Of a DNA stretch of 64,000 bases, positions 14,431 to 33,657 are shown piece after piece; the stretch's first letter is position 1, and the number at the start of each line of letters is the position of its first letter. The DNA is from the human T2T-CHM13v2.0 reference genome, Homo sapiens: the NCBI RefSeq assembly GCF_009914755.1, contig NC_060925.1. The stretch is one strand, 5' to 3'. The notes under the pieces were generated by a model, which was not told the DNA's origin, ran no database searches, and worked only from the letters and a program-made list of their open reading frames with translations. The translations under genes and the position numbers were made by a program.

Positions 14431-14812
14431 CTTACCTTAAGATAATTTCTCAATCCTCACTTTTTTTTTTTTTTTTTGACCCTACATGTCCCTCCAGGTA
14501 CTGGCTCATTTCTCTGATCATTTTTAAGAACCCAATAACATTTTTAGAAATAAAAATATATTAATAGAAATTTAAAAATCAGTGGCTAGATTAAAAAGCA
14601 GATGATATAGGGTTGAAAAGATAATGGAGAAAATGGAAGATAGATTGGAAGAAACTGTCCAGAATGCAGCACAGAGACAGAATTATAAACTATGAAAAAG
14701 AGATTAAAGACATAGAGGACAGAGTGGGAATATCTAACATGTATCTCATTGAAGTTTCAGAAGGAAATGAGTGTGGTAGGATTAAAAATTCAGAAATTTT
14801 CAGAAAAATGGG

Positions 14813-15327
14813 TGTGGTAGGATTAAAAATCCCCTCCCTCCAGATATCCATGTCCTAATCACTACAACCTGTGAATGTTACCTTATGCAGCAAAACAGGG
14901 AAGGGGATCTTTGCAGAGGTGATTAAGTTAAGGGTCATAAGATGGGGAAATTAGCTTGGGTCATCTGGGTAGACCTTAAAGGCAATCATATGAGTCCTTG
15001 TAAGAGAGAGATGGAGACTCAACAACACACAGAAAAGAGGTCTGTATGAAGACAGAACAGGGAGAGATTTGAAAATGCTGCCCCTGAAGATTGAAATGGA
15101 GCTGCCACCAACTAAGAAATGTTGACAGTCATCAGAAGCAGGAAGAGCCAAGGAATAAATTTGCCCCTAGAGCCTCCAAAGAAAGCATGGCCCTGTCAAC
15201 ATCTTGATTTCAACCCAATAATTTTGATCTAGTACTTCTGACCTTCAGAATAATGAAAGAATACATTTCGGTTTTAAGCCATCAAGTCTGTGGAAATTTG
15301 TTACAGCAACTACAGGAAACTAATACA
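14813..15327 (+). mobile_element. MLT1 (C/D-like) solo LTR
   Basis: TGTGGTAGG...GGAAACTAATACA; perfect TSD ATGGG (14808-12/15328-32). Confidence 0.88.
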
Positions 15328-15498
15328 ATGGGAGAGAAGCAATATTCAAAAGGATGATAGCTAAAAAATGTTCAGAACTGATGAAAGACATGAATTGTCA
15401 GATTCAAGAAGTGCAGGAAATAAAGAGCAAGATGACAGTTTAAAGCCACATCTAAATATAATGAACCTGCAGGAGCGTGTGGTCAAAAATGAAACATA

Positions 15499-16153
<655 letters not shown>

Positions 16154-17101
16154 TTACCAACAAAGTAACAGGGACTAGTGGGCAGCTGACTTTTCAACAG
16201 TAACAACTGTAGCCAGAAGACAGTGTAACAATATTTTGAAAGGGCTAATAGAAAATAAGAGTCTAGAATGATGTACCCAGCAAAACTATCTCTCAAGAAC
16301 AAGGACAAAATATTCAAACAAAGCAATGTTGAGTGTGTTGGCCACCAACAAACCTTCATCAAAGGAGTTTATTAGATACACCTCAGGAGGAAGGAAAATG
16401 ATCCCAATGTAAGGTCTAAAATGCAAGATAAAACAATAAGAGGCAAAAAGAGGCAAAGAGATAGGTAACTATTAGTAAATATTAACTATAAAAATAGTAT
16501 CTGTACAAATTAATTTATTATTCAATGCAGCTCCAAATTAAACCCCAACAAGGTGTTCATGGCATATGACAATCTCTTTCTATAATTTAGAAGCAAAGGG
16601 TCAAAAGGAGCCAAGACATTCCTGAAAAAGAATAGCAAGGAGTAGGGCTTGGTCTACCAGGTCTCAAGAGAACATAAAGTGATAATTAAGACTTGCTTTA
16701 AAGCACTTGTGATCAAGATAGTGTGGAATTGGCCCAGGGATAGACACATAGACAGTGAATGAGACTAGAGAGTCCAGAAGCAGACTCAAGAATAAATGAA
16801 AATGTGATCTGTAGATGACATGGTTTTGCAAAATAAGGTAAAATATGAACTATTCAATAAACATAGCTTATGTAGTTACTTATCCATATGGAAAAAAACT
16901 GAAATTGTATCCTTCTCTATACAAAATCAATTCCAGATGGATTAAAGTCTTAAATGCATAAGGCACAACTTTTAGAAGAAAATAAAGGAAAAGTACTTCT
17001 GTAACCTCAGGGGAAGGAGGAATTTCTTTTAAAGGACACAAAAAGCACAAATAATAAAGGAAAGTATCAACAAACTCTACTACATTAAAAATAAGAACTT
17101 C

Positions 17102-17495
<394 letters not shown>

Positions 17496-17917
17496 CTAAG
17501 ATTAGGATAAGAATATGTAAAATGCTCCTGAAGAATCAATACAAAAAAAGCAACACAAAAGAAAAAGGACTAAAAACATAGCTAGACCTTGTGGAGACAA
17601 GGAAACAAGTATTGCCAATAAACATGAAAAGATGCCCAAGCTCATTAGAAATTAGGGAAATGCAAGTTTAAAGCCTCCATTTTATGCCAACTTACACCCA
17701 CCAAGTTGGCAAAAATGTTAAAGTCTGGCAACCTCAAGTGTTGTAAGGGCTGTGGAACAATGCAAGCTCTTATGTATTGCTTAGGGGAGTGTAAATTCAT
17801 ATAAACATTTTGGAAAGCAACATGGTATTGTCCGGTCAAGTTCAAATGCACATAACTTCCTATCCAGAATTTCTATTTCTGTGTACTTCACCTGCAGACC
17901 CTTACACACTTGTATCA

Positions 17918-18310
<393 letters not shown>

Positions 18311-18690
18311 TACAATAAACTACTTCATGGCAGCGAAAATGAATGAATCACAGCTATACTCAACAACGTGAATGAAAAATGTGTAGCAAAAACACACACG
18401 CTATAAGAAAACACATATGGTAGAAATTCTCCAAATGAAAAAAATGCGTATGTTACATATGAGACTATTTCTCCAAAGTTCAAAGGCATGCAAAACTAGA
18501 CAATATATTGTTCAGGAACGCAACTATCTGTGAGGAATCAGTAAAGAAAAGGGCAAAGAAATAATAAACATAAAAATCAAAGCAATCATTACCTCTGGAT
18601 AAGAGGGAGAGGAGAGCTTGAGGAAGTCATGGGGAAAGATTTCACAAACTTGTAATGTCAGCTCTCCAAAGCTGAATCGCAGGTACATGG

Positions 18691-18692
<2 letters not shown>

Positions 18693-18733
<41 letters not shown>
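18693..18733 (+). repeat. (ATT)n microsatellite
   Basis: About 13 tandem ATT units. Confidence 0.95.
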
Positions 18734-19208
18734 TATATGTCACACATATGATATGTTTTATATGGATGGATGTTCTTAATTTTATCAAGGAAGTGATTGT
18801 GGGATGAGAGAGCCAATAATGATATCATTATTTCATTGTGTGTGTTAATATACTTAGTATTTGCAGAAAAAGCAGGGACTAGTAGGGAGAAGCAATTGAA
18901 GGTCTCAGGGGTGATGGCTGCTTCTGATGCATGTTTGGGTCACACGGAAGGTTGTTGTTATTAATATGCTGTGTGCACTGGACTGAAGAAGCAGAGTGAA
19001 GAAAGTTAGATGGAGACTTTGTATAAAGGAGGAGAATTGAGGACTCACTGGAGGAGCTGCCCCTAGACCCACCCTTGGAGCCATGTGCAGACTCCATAGC
19101 TTGAGGGCAAGGCTGCTTCAGCCCCAAGGCAACGCCAAAGAGTTTGCTGTCACCTTTTTGGTTCATAGAACCTTTCTATCATGAGGCTTTTTCATTGTCT
19201 CTTAAAAA

Positions 19209-19533
19209 TGCCCAGGCGATGGCTCACGCCTGTAATCCCAGCACTTTGGGAGGCCAAGGAGGCAATCAGGTGGGTGGTGGCCTTGAGCTCAGGAGTTCAA
19301 AACCAGCCTGGGTAACATGGTAAAACCTCACCTCTACAAAAAAAAAATACAAAAAATTAGCTGGGCATGGTGGTGCATGCCTATGTTCCCAGCTACTCAG
19401 GAGGCTGAGGTGGGAGGATCACCTGAGCCCCGGAAGTCAAGGCTGCAGTGAGCGTGATTGCGCCACTACACTCCAGCCTGGGTGACAAAGTGAGACGCTG
19501 TCAAAAAACAAACAAACAAACAAACAAACAAAA
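19209..19533 (+). mobile_element. AluJb with (AAAC)n tail
   Basis: Dimeric Alu; TSD AAAAATGCC. Confidence 0.9.
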
Positions 19534-20217
19534 ATGCCTGGCATCTTGTGGATATCTGTGGAAACTCCTGCCTGAGCTCTTGGAGGCAAAGTCTTTGGAG
19601 ACCCACCCAGAGTCCCTGGCACTCACAGCAGAGGTCAAGGTTAATCTTGATCCTTGATGCTGCTTCCACAGTTTGTCTTGTTGTCATTGAAACCTAAAAT
19701 CCAGTTCTGGAAGGGACCTCAAAAGACCGCCTGAGCAGCTCTGCCTCTGGAGACCAACTCAGACAGATCTTGATCTCTTCCCTCTCTGAATGTTTCCTGT
19801 CGGGGAGAGGCCATTGATTCCCTTAGGAATATTTTCTCCATCTACATCAGAAGTTCCTCTTGAAAAGCTTGAGGCAAAGGGGTTTATTGGGAACATACTG
19901 CCTTGTTCAGACTTCAGTGAGCTCCCCATTTGCGGAAGGCATATGGACAATGTCTATCAAAAGCTTTAAAGTGGCTTTAGCCTGGCACACTTTCCTAATA
20001 AAACTATCCTAAATGAGCAATGGGACAGCTGTATCAAGATGCATTTCCAAGGCTGTATATAATAAAGGAAATTTTTAAATGAGCTGTGTGTCAACATGAA
20101 GGGATTTAAATATATAATATAAATCCAAGCAGCATGATGCAACGCATTCATTAAGAAAAAAAAGAAAACCTGTCTTGGGAGAATATTTAATGGCATGGAA
20201 AGATATCTTCAATATAG

Positions 20218-20927
<710 letters not shown>

Positions 20928-21179
20928 CAGTAAGATCTTAACATGATTATCTTCGGGTGTAGTGTTGTGTTTTTTTCCCCTTCGTTTGGCAAGGCTGCAT
21001 TTTCAAAGGATCAGCAATGAATATATATTAGGTCTAATTTTAACTTTTTCATTGCACAAGTAATGCATGAAGGCAGACTCATGGTGAAATATTCAAACAA
21101 AACACAGAAGGTCAGCTTCACCTTTAACCACCCGCTGCCCACCCCAGTACCTGTCCCTCCTCATGTGTGACCACTGTCC

Positions 21180-21692
21180 CAAGTTTAATGTCATTCCTCT
21201 CAGTCCTTCTTCTGTGCATCTCGCTCACTGCCCCCTGCTCACTCCAGGCCAAGCACCCTGGCCCCCCTTCCTATTCCGCATAGATCCCCAGCCCCTTCTT
21301 GCCTCGGGTTCTTGCCCAGGTTATTCCCAGGTTAAAGACCCTCCTCTTCCCAGGTTGGCTCCTGCTCCTCTTTCAAGTCTTGGCTTAAATGCCACACTAT
21401 CTAAAATGAGTCTTCCCTTTCTTGTCCTAATTTTCCATCCTCTGCCTTCATAGCACTTATCAGACCAGAAACACAGAAGTTAATCTGTGTGGTTGTTTCA
21501 GGCATTTCAGGTCCATCTTCCCATCAGGCTGGGAGCCCATGAGGGCAGGGCCTTGTCCATCATGTTCTTCTCTGTGTCTTCAGTACCAAATACAGTGCCT
21601 GGCACATACTAGATGCTCTGTAAGGACTGATGAATGAAGGAAGGAAGGAAGGAAGGAAGGAAGGAAGGAAGGAAGGAAGGAAGGAAGGAAGG
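21180..21692 (+). mobile_element. L2 3' end whose TGAA tail runs into (GGAA)n (21637-21692)
   Basis: ACAGTGCCTGGCACATACTAGATGCTC...TGAATGAAGGAAGG. Confidence 0.75.
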
Positions 21693-22213
21693 AGGTATCC
21701 TCCAGAAAGAGGGAGAAGAGGCAGCCTGGAAACCAGAGAAAAGATACAGAAGTAAGACAGTATGGAGAGGGTTAAGGAAGTCCTTTACCATGGAAGGAGA
21801 GCTCAGGGGAAACCCCACCAGGAAGGAGTCCTGGGAGGTGGTGGTGGCCCAGAAATTGCTAAGAAGATGAACATCTATTTTCATCCCCAAACCTTGACCC
21901 CAAATCTCAATAAGAAGCCTGTGCTGCTCAAGTGAGTGATGCCTTGAGAAGCAGATAAAGGAAAAATCGAGCTGCTCGTGAGTACACGTCAGGTGGAGAG
22001 AAGAGAACAATTGCAGGGCCCGGAGAAACATAAGCCTCTGGGAATCCCTGGGAATCTGGGCCGGGTGGGGACACCACGGGTCTTCATGATAGGGACTCAT
22101 GGAAGGGAAGGGTGACCCCACAAGTCTAGAGGAATTTGGTGACACCATTTTTCTACCAGATTCATCACCTAAAACTTCAGAGGAAAAGAATATTAGAAAA
22201 AAATCAGAAATAA

Positions 22214-22724
<511 letters not shown>

Positions 22725-23013
22725 TCATTCCTCTTTGTGTGGTGTGGGGGCAGGGTGTGCATGGAACAAGCCTGGGCTTTGGACTCAGGTAAGTTTTGGG
22801 TTCGAATCCCAGATCTTCCTTCTCATCTTCACTTCCTCATATGGAGAGTGGGCATGATAGCCATTATTGACATCGGATGTTGACAGATGACATGAGATAA
22901 TAAACCTCTAAAGCACTAGCTGGCATGCCTTTGGCCTCCCTCACAGTGGGTGGAGAGAAGGGAAGATACAGGCCAGTGCAAACAGTGGGGGACCTTGTGT
23001 GTCTGTGTGTGTG

Positions 23014-23189
23014 CAGGGCCAGCTTCTCCGACGTGTGTCCTGTGCAGCCACCCGGGGCCCATTAGAAGGCCCCTGTGCTTGTCTAAACAATCTACTGTCG
23101 CGGCCTTAAAATTCTTAACTTTTGATCAAGGGACTTTGCATTTTCATTTTGTCCTGGGCTCTGCAAATTAAATTTTATAACTGGCGATG
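23014..23189 (+). mobile_element. MER45A (hAT-Tip100)
   Basis: CAGGGCCAGCTTC...GCATTTTCATTTTGTCCTGGGCTCTGCAAATTA matches recalled MER45A. Confidence 0.8.
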
Positions 23190-24201
23190 CACACGTGTGT
23201 GTGGGAGCGTGCAAGTGTGTACATGTGTGAAGGAGGGGGAGAGGGATGCTGCAATGGGTGCTCCATGAAGGGATGTTACTGACAGCAACTGCACCCCAGC
23301 AAGTACCCACCCCACAGTCCTGAGCCAACACCACACACCAATAAGCTGAGGCTTTGCCTGACAATAGCCCCTCTCAGTTCCAATCAACAACAAAAACAAA
23401 CCCTCCTAGCCTTTGGGCTGTTACCCAAACACCACACACCCACAGGCCGAGGCCCAGCAGCTCCACATGTGGGCTCCCCACGGATTTTCCCAAGGTCCCT
23501 TCCAGCTGGTTCCGCCAGCCCAGGAGGCTGCTTGCTGGGGTTTTCATACACTAGGCATGCAATCTGCTCACTCCCACAGCACTTCTGCACGGCTCTGTAT
23601 CAGACCCCACGCCACCCTCTGCACACCCTAAGTGAGGGGCTGACCACTCTGCCCTCCCTGGACCAGAGGTGAGCTGCCCGAGGACCAGAGCTGGGCTGTC
23701 TTCATCTCCGTATCTTTAAGGCCAGGTGCAGGGCTGGAAACACAGTAGGTGCTCAATAGATGCTTGCTAAAGTCGTTTATGCACTCTTTCCACACATATG
23801 TATATCATCCAGTGGTGGAGAATGGTCACAGGCAAGATTCACATAAAATAAAGAAACGCTAAGAAGTTTACTGTCTGAGCAGGAATATGTTGTTAGGCTG
23901 TGCCTTCTGACTCCACTGCTGAAACTGCTGCTTCTTGGGTCGCTGCTTGCTGTCCTGATGAAAATAGGGCAGGCAGTGAAGTGGAGCGGAACAGCTGTGA
24001 TGGAGTCAGGGGACCTGGGTCCTGGTCCCACTCAGCTCAGTGACCTTGGGCAGACCACGCCCTCCTTGGACCTCGGTTGCCCGTGGGTCAGGTGAACGTG
24101 TTGGAGGCAGGGCTGCACTATCCAATCCGGTAGCTGCTCGCTTCAAATGTGGCTGGTGACCCTCAGGAACTGAATTGGAAACTTCATTTATTTTTAATTA
24201 A

Positions 24202-24577
<376 letters not shown>

Positions 24578-24632
24578 CTATCATTCTCAACTGTAAATGT
24601 AATAAAATCTGAACACAGATCAAGTATGTCGC

Positions 24633-24833
24633 AGCCTGGCAACATAGGGAGACACTGTCTCTACAAAAAATAAATTAGCCAGGGGTGGTGGGGTGCACCT
24701 GTAGTCCCAGCTACTAGGGAGGTTAAAGTGAAAGGATGGTTTGAGTCCAGGAGGTCAAGGCTGTGGTGAGTTGTGATCATGCCACTGCACTCCAGCCTGG
24801 GCAAAAGAGCAAGGCCCTGTCTCAAAATAAAAG
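24633..24833 (+). mobile_element. 5'-truncated AluJ
   Basis: Starts at CAGCCTGGCAACATAG; J right arm. Confidence 0.85.
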
Positions 24834-25062
24834 AAGTATTTTCTGAGAAAAATGTAGCATTGGGACTAAGATATGCTGTAAGCGTAACAGATTTTGAAGA
24901 CTTATTTGAAAAAAAAGGTAATACTTTATATTGGTTACATATTGAAATTATAATATTTTAGACAGAATGGGTTACATAAAATTTATTATTAAGATTAATT
25001 TCACTTGTTTCTCTTCTTCATTTCTAGTATGGGTACTAGAAAATTGAAAATTACCTATGTGC

Positions 25063-25382
<320 letters not shown>

Positions 25383-25509
25383 AAAGTTACCTATGTGCTT
25401 CATATTCTACTGCCATTGAACTTCACTAGATTAAGGAATCTCTTAAGGTACTTCCTTTTTATTTTTGTTATTCTGATACTCTACAAATCTACCAGGAATC
25501 ATTAACTTC

Positions 25510-25895
25510 TGTGGGTTTGCCTATCTGCCATCATACCCTTCCTCATCCCTTTCTTATGTTGGCACCTTGATTTTCCAAAGGAAAATTGCCTCTGTAAAAT
25601 CTTCACCCCAGCTATAGGGAAGGGCATATGGCCCAGGCCTGGCCAATCAGAGCAGAGCACTCTCCTTTGACCACCATGATTGGTTCAGAAATGACACGTG
25701 ACCAGCAGGCACAGCCAATGAGACTTCATTTGATTGAAAGTTTGGAAATGAGTTTGGCTTTTCCGCTGGAGTTGTTAAGGAAGGGATGGAGCCCCAGACC
25801 TAGAGGGGGCCATCTTGCCGCCATGAGTGAGCAGCCTGCCTGAGAAGGAAACCACTGCAGAGAAGAGGAAAACCAAGAGTGAAGAGAGTCATGAC
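25510..25895. mobile_element. LTR16-like ERVL LTR
   Basis: GGCCTGGCCAATCAGAG, TGATTGGTTCAG, GGCCATCTTG, AGCCTGCCTGAGAA motifs. Confidence 0.65.
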
Positions 25896-25899
25896 CGGC

Positions 25900-28330
<2,431 letters not shown>

Positions 28331-28454
28331 GATGTGACTTCCTTCAAGAAGTCTTTCCCGAATTCATAGGCTAAGAAACATTTCCCCAAATCTGCACTCC
28401 TACAGCCTCCTGGCTTGGCTTTCTCAGCAATTTTCCCACTACGATTCAGGAACT

Positions 28455-28745
28455 CTTTTTCTGAGAAGGAGTCTTGCTCTGTCATCCAGGCTGGAGTGCA
28501 GTGGCACGATCTCAGCTCACTGCAACTTCCGCTTCCCTGATTTAAGCAATTCTACCACCTCAGCCTCCTGATTTGGTGGGATTACAGGCATACACCACCA
28601 TACCTGGCTAATTGTTGTATTTTTAGTGGAGATGGGGTTTCACCATGTTGGTCAGGCTGGTCTCGAGCTCCTGACCTCAAGTGATCCACCTTCCTCGGCC
28701 TCCCAAAGTGCTGGGATTACAGGCGTGAGCCACCGCACCTGGCCT
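28455..28745 (-). mobile_element. AluS
   Basis: Antisense Alu; TSD ATTCAGGAAC. Confidence 0.92.
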
Positions 28746-29974
28746 AATTCAGGAACCCTTAATCTGGGGTTCTCAAATAGATGTCTGGGGAGCCCATAAA
28801 CATTCTAAACTCATAGGCAGAATTTCATGTGCATGTGCTTATTACCTCTTCTGGGGCCAGAGTTCTCAGTTTGCATCATTTTCTTAAAGGCATCTATGAC
28901 ACAAACACATGAAATCATTTTTGTAACACTATCCTCTTTCCATTTGGGTTATAACTGGACCAGGTTCTCCAGACCGTAGGCTGCTCCAGAGCTGGAATCT
29001 GCTGAGTCCACCACTGTTTCCCAAAATGCTAGTGGAGGGCCTGCCATGTGATAGGTGAATCTCAGTGAAATCTTGAATGAATGACAAATGAATGAGTGAG
29101 TGAATGAATGCATGCATGCTTTTGGAGCCTGGAAACCAGGCCCATATTCACTCTCAGATCCCTTGGGTGCCTGAGATGTCAGACATTGGAACAGACAGGG
29201 AAAAGAAAGCTGGCCTCAGAGCAAGGAAGGCTAAGCGCTCGGCTCCCCAAGAGACCAACAGGGCCCTGGAGGGGGCTCCCCTCTTGCTCATCCTGAGCCC
29301 AAGGCTACAGGTCAGGATCCGTTACTGCTACACCGCTCAGGGAGTGCCTACCTCCTCCTCCTCCTCCTCCCTCCACCTCGCCCGGGAAGGAAGGCTGCAG
29401 CCTCCTCAAAGATGGCTTTGGTAGCAGGGGTGTTGCCCCCGAGATCAGTGCAATCACCAAGCTCAGACAGCCCCATGGAAACCCCACAACAAGGCACCCA
29501 AACAGAGACCAAACCCATCCCAGGAAACTCAAGGGGCGAGGAGAGGTATCTACTCCACCAGTGACTTAGGAATCTAGAAATTCCGGTGGGGCCAACTGAG
29601 CAAGGGGTGCGGGACACCCAGCCTCATTCCATAGAAAGAAATCCCAGGCTCCAAGATGAGTCCCCGTTTTCCATGTGGCCAGAGTCTTTGTCCAAGGCCG
29701 CAGAATCCTACCCACATTCTTTATGGGGCAGGGGCAGGGGGTGAGGGGCTCTTCCACCCAGAGAGTAGTTGTTCCCCAACCTTTTTATTCACTCTCAAAA
29801 TGTATAGATTTATGTATCTATAAGTTATAGAAAAATTCCATTTTTAAATATGTATGCACATAAAAACCAAAGCTCATCTTGCATACCCTCAGCAGCACAC
29901 ACCTCCCTGAGAAGTTTATGAAGGAAGTCTAAGCTCCTTCATGGCTGGGCCCGCAGGTATCACGAGGAATATTT

Positions 29975-30410
29975 AATACCACTGGCCACCATTGATTGAG
30001 GTCTACCATGTGCCAGGGTTTGTGCTACATGATCTACATTTTTAACAATTGAATCCTCACAATACCTATGAGCCCCATCTGACAGAAGAGGAAACTGAGG
30101 CAGGGCAGGCCAAGTGACTTACCAAAGTCCCCTTGGCCAACAAGTGGCAGAGCTGAGATTCAACACAGCTCATCTGATTCCTGTGACCTTAACCTCCACT
30201 TTACAGGCATCATTTATAGAGTCCAAACTCAGACACTTGGGGCTGCCCCGATTTAGATTCAGTCCTCACAGAAACCCTGGCAGGGGATCACCATTGCTTT
30301 TCACATCTTACAGAGGAGCAGAGACTCAGAAAGGCTAAGTAATCTGCCCTAGGTCACACAGAGAGGTAAGTAATGGCAGAGACCCACGCCTATCCGATTC
30401 CAACATTCTC
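29975..30410 (-). mobile_element. Two MIR relics
   Basis: GAGGAAACTGAGGCA, AAGTGGCAGAGCTGAGATTCAA, GGTCACACAG. Confidence 0.7.
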
Positions 30411-30576
30411 CTATGAGGACTGTTTTCCCAGGCAGGACTGAAGTCTGGGTCAGTTTGGCCACTTCCACCCACTACCCCCATCTCTGAGTCCAGAGTACAG
30501 TAAGTTCTTCTCTAGGTTGAATTTCTCAGACACAAACAAGCATCTAAAACAGTGACTGGCAAATAGTCAGAGCTTG

Positions 30577-30664
30577 ATGAATGATGATGAATGAATGAAT
30601 GAATGAATGAATGAATGAATGAAAGAGTGAACTACAGAACATAGAGATGAATGGATGAATGAAT
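30577..30664 (+). repeat. (GAAT)n, L2-tail-type microsatellite
   Basis: Tandem TGAA units. Confidence 0.85.
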
Positions 30665-32853
30665 TTCCCCTGATCACATTCTGTCCTCTCAGAAAGAAAG
30701 AGTCTGTGATTCCTACCATGAGAGGCAGATCTGGGTGCCCACCAACACTTCCACAATATCTGGACACCACCTAAGAGGTGTGGTCTAGGATGTGGGCTCA
30801 CCACGTGTGTTTCTGGAGAACAAGCCCCGTTGTTTCCGCAACAATAACCCACCCTTGGTCCACAGAGCCTGTTTTTACTCACGTTTTCACGGGCTTCTCC
30901 CCACGGCTATGGTGAAGTAGGCACTACCCTCCCATTTTACAGGTTGAAGAGCCTGCAACATAGAGAGGGGAAGTGAATTGCCCAAGGTCACACAGGAAAT
31001 GGGTGGCAGAGTCAGGGGCTTACCTATTCTTCTCACTTTCTCCTTCAGCCTACTTCTGTGTATTGGGATCTAACCTTAAGTCACCATGGTTCAGGGATGG
31101 AATCGTTAGGGGTTTGTCCCAAATCCACAGGTCAGGAAACAGCATCCTACTCCTCATTTAGGCAGAAATAACATGGAAATAAACACACGGCAAGGGATCC
31201 CAGCTAGGCAGCACAGCCAGGTCCAGAGACCTCCAGAGAGCCACAGGGTGTGTCCCAGGCAGAGTCAGGCTAGGAACCAGGAAGAATCAGGGGCATCACC
31301 CAGGGATGGCAAAACAGGCACAACCCAGTAAGAAGTAGACCCAAGAACCTTGGCAAGCAGAATCAGCAATGGGCTCTTCCTCTGCCCTCCTGCTCACCCC
31401 TCCTGGTGGGGCACAGTATCACTAAAGAAGCCACATGCCGGATGATGGGCTGGGAGGGCAGAACCTTTCCCTAGAATGGGCATGGTGCTGCGGTGCCTGG
31501 CCCTGCTGCCAGCCCAACCCAGCCCGGCCCGCACCAGACAACCAAGCACAATGGCTCTCTCAGGCAGGCAGACAATTCAACCCTTTCAGGCCAAGGGCAG
31601 CCGGGCTGGCATTCCCTGCACCTCTGTTTCTCTCTGCCTCCTGTAAGTGAATCACTCAGAATTAATGACCCTGGGAACAATGAATGGGGAGCAGGTTTGG
31701 GTTCTTCTTGAGCAGACAGAAGACTGGATCCTAGGAATACCCATTCCATGGCCACTGATGAAGACCAGAGCAGTGGATGCTCCAGGGTCACGGAGGCATG
31801 CTGCAGGGTGCACAGAATCATTACTGACTGTGGTCATCCGAACCATAGAGTGTGAGGGCCGCAGCCTCATGGATTGTTTGAGCCACAGATTGTTCTAGTC
31901 ACAGAGCCACAGAAATCCAGTGTCTCAGAACCATCAATTACTAGCATCCTAGAATCAGTAGCTCAAGGAACCACAGGCTTCCAGGACCATCAATCATCAG
32001 TTGCCAGAACTCAGCTGTTTAGGGTGGGAAAAGAGCCTTAGAGACCATCCTGTCTGAGGCTTCATTCTGCAGTTAGGGGAACCCAGTCAGCTGATCAAGG
32101 TCACAAAGCTAGGACTAGTGGCCAGGCCTTGCTACTCCCTGTCCTCACTCCATTCTAAAGAAGGGCGCAGGAGCGGCAGCAGCCTCAGCTCGTGGACGCT
32201 AGGCTCCTCGGAGGTTGGTCTGGTCCCCCCGTAGAAGATTATCTGACACTGTCAGGGCACTTGTGGTCAAGCCCTTCCACTGCATCAAAACCAGAGGCTT
32301 CGTGGATTCTAATGTGAGGATGATGTGTTTTGCAAGTCTGGACAGGCCTGGATTCTTTTAACCAATCCTCCACTTCCTCGCCTAATAAGGGAGAATCATG
32401 CACCCTTGTGATTTTACCTGGGGCTCTGCCTACTGGTGATTACACAGGAGAGCGAGCCAGTCCTCCTGGGTTTCAGCTTGAGATACCCATTGCCTCATCA
32501 GGGTCACTTCAGTTCACTGCTAAGCCACAGAAGGAAATCCAACCTCACTTTCTAAAGGCCTATCACATGCTAGGTTCAAGAAAGTTACTAATACTAAGAA
32601 GAGAGAGACCCCATCCCCACCTTTGAGCCCCTTAGAGTCCACTGAGACAGTCAGATATGTATGTGATTATATTAATATGTCAAAGCAGAATGTGATGGTA
32701 ATACACACAGAAGAGACAGAAATTAAGAAAAGCTTCATGAGAGAGGGGCATCATTTAAATGGAGTCATTCAATGGCTTTTCTACATATCAGTTCCTGACT
32801 TCTGCTTCTGGCTGTGATGGAGTAACAAGGACTGGACTTACCTTCCCACCCTA

Positions 32854-33221
<368 letters not shown>

Positions 33222-33657
33222 TCAATCATTGAAAAACAGGAATGACTTAATGTGACTCCTAAGAGAAGATAAACAAATGAAAGGAGCCCTATGTTTGCCT
33301 TGGTTTTCTTCCTGAAGTTATATTCCAGATCATGGCTTGGGGCGAGGCATACCAAGCAGAATATAGTACTCTTGCAGAACTGAGGATTTGGAGACTGGAA
33401 TTCAGGGATTCAGCCAGAAGTTGCGTGGCACAGTTCCAGAAAGGAAAACACTATGCAGAAAATAAACTCCAGAAATCTGCATGGGATGTTTTTGAGTTGT
33501 TTCTGAGTCCTAGGTCACACATACATGGGATCAAACCCTATGAGACTGGGCAAAGAACAGCTGGAAAGTTGCAAGCTGAACAATTTCCAGAGTTGGCACA
33601 GACCAGGAGACACTGCAGTCATTTAGAGTGGTTAGAACTCATTGAAAACCCAGTCAA

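Noticed and set aside
31070-31345. Possible ancient LTR relic
   Set aside because: Could not match it to a family or find termini and TSD with confidence.
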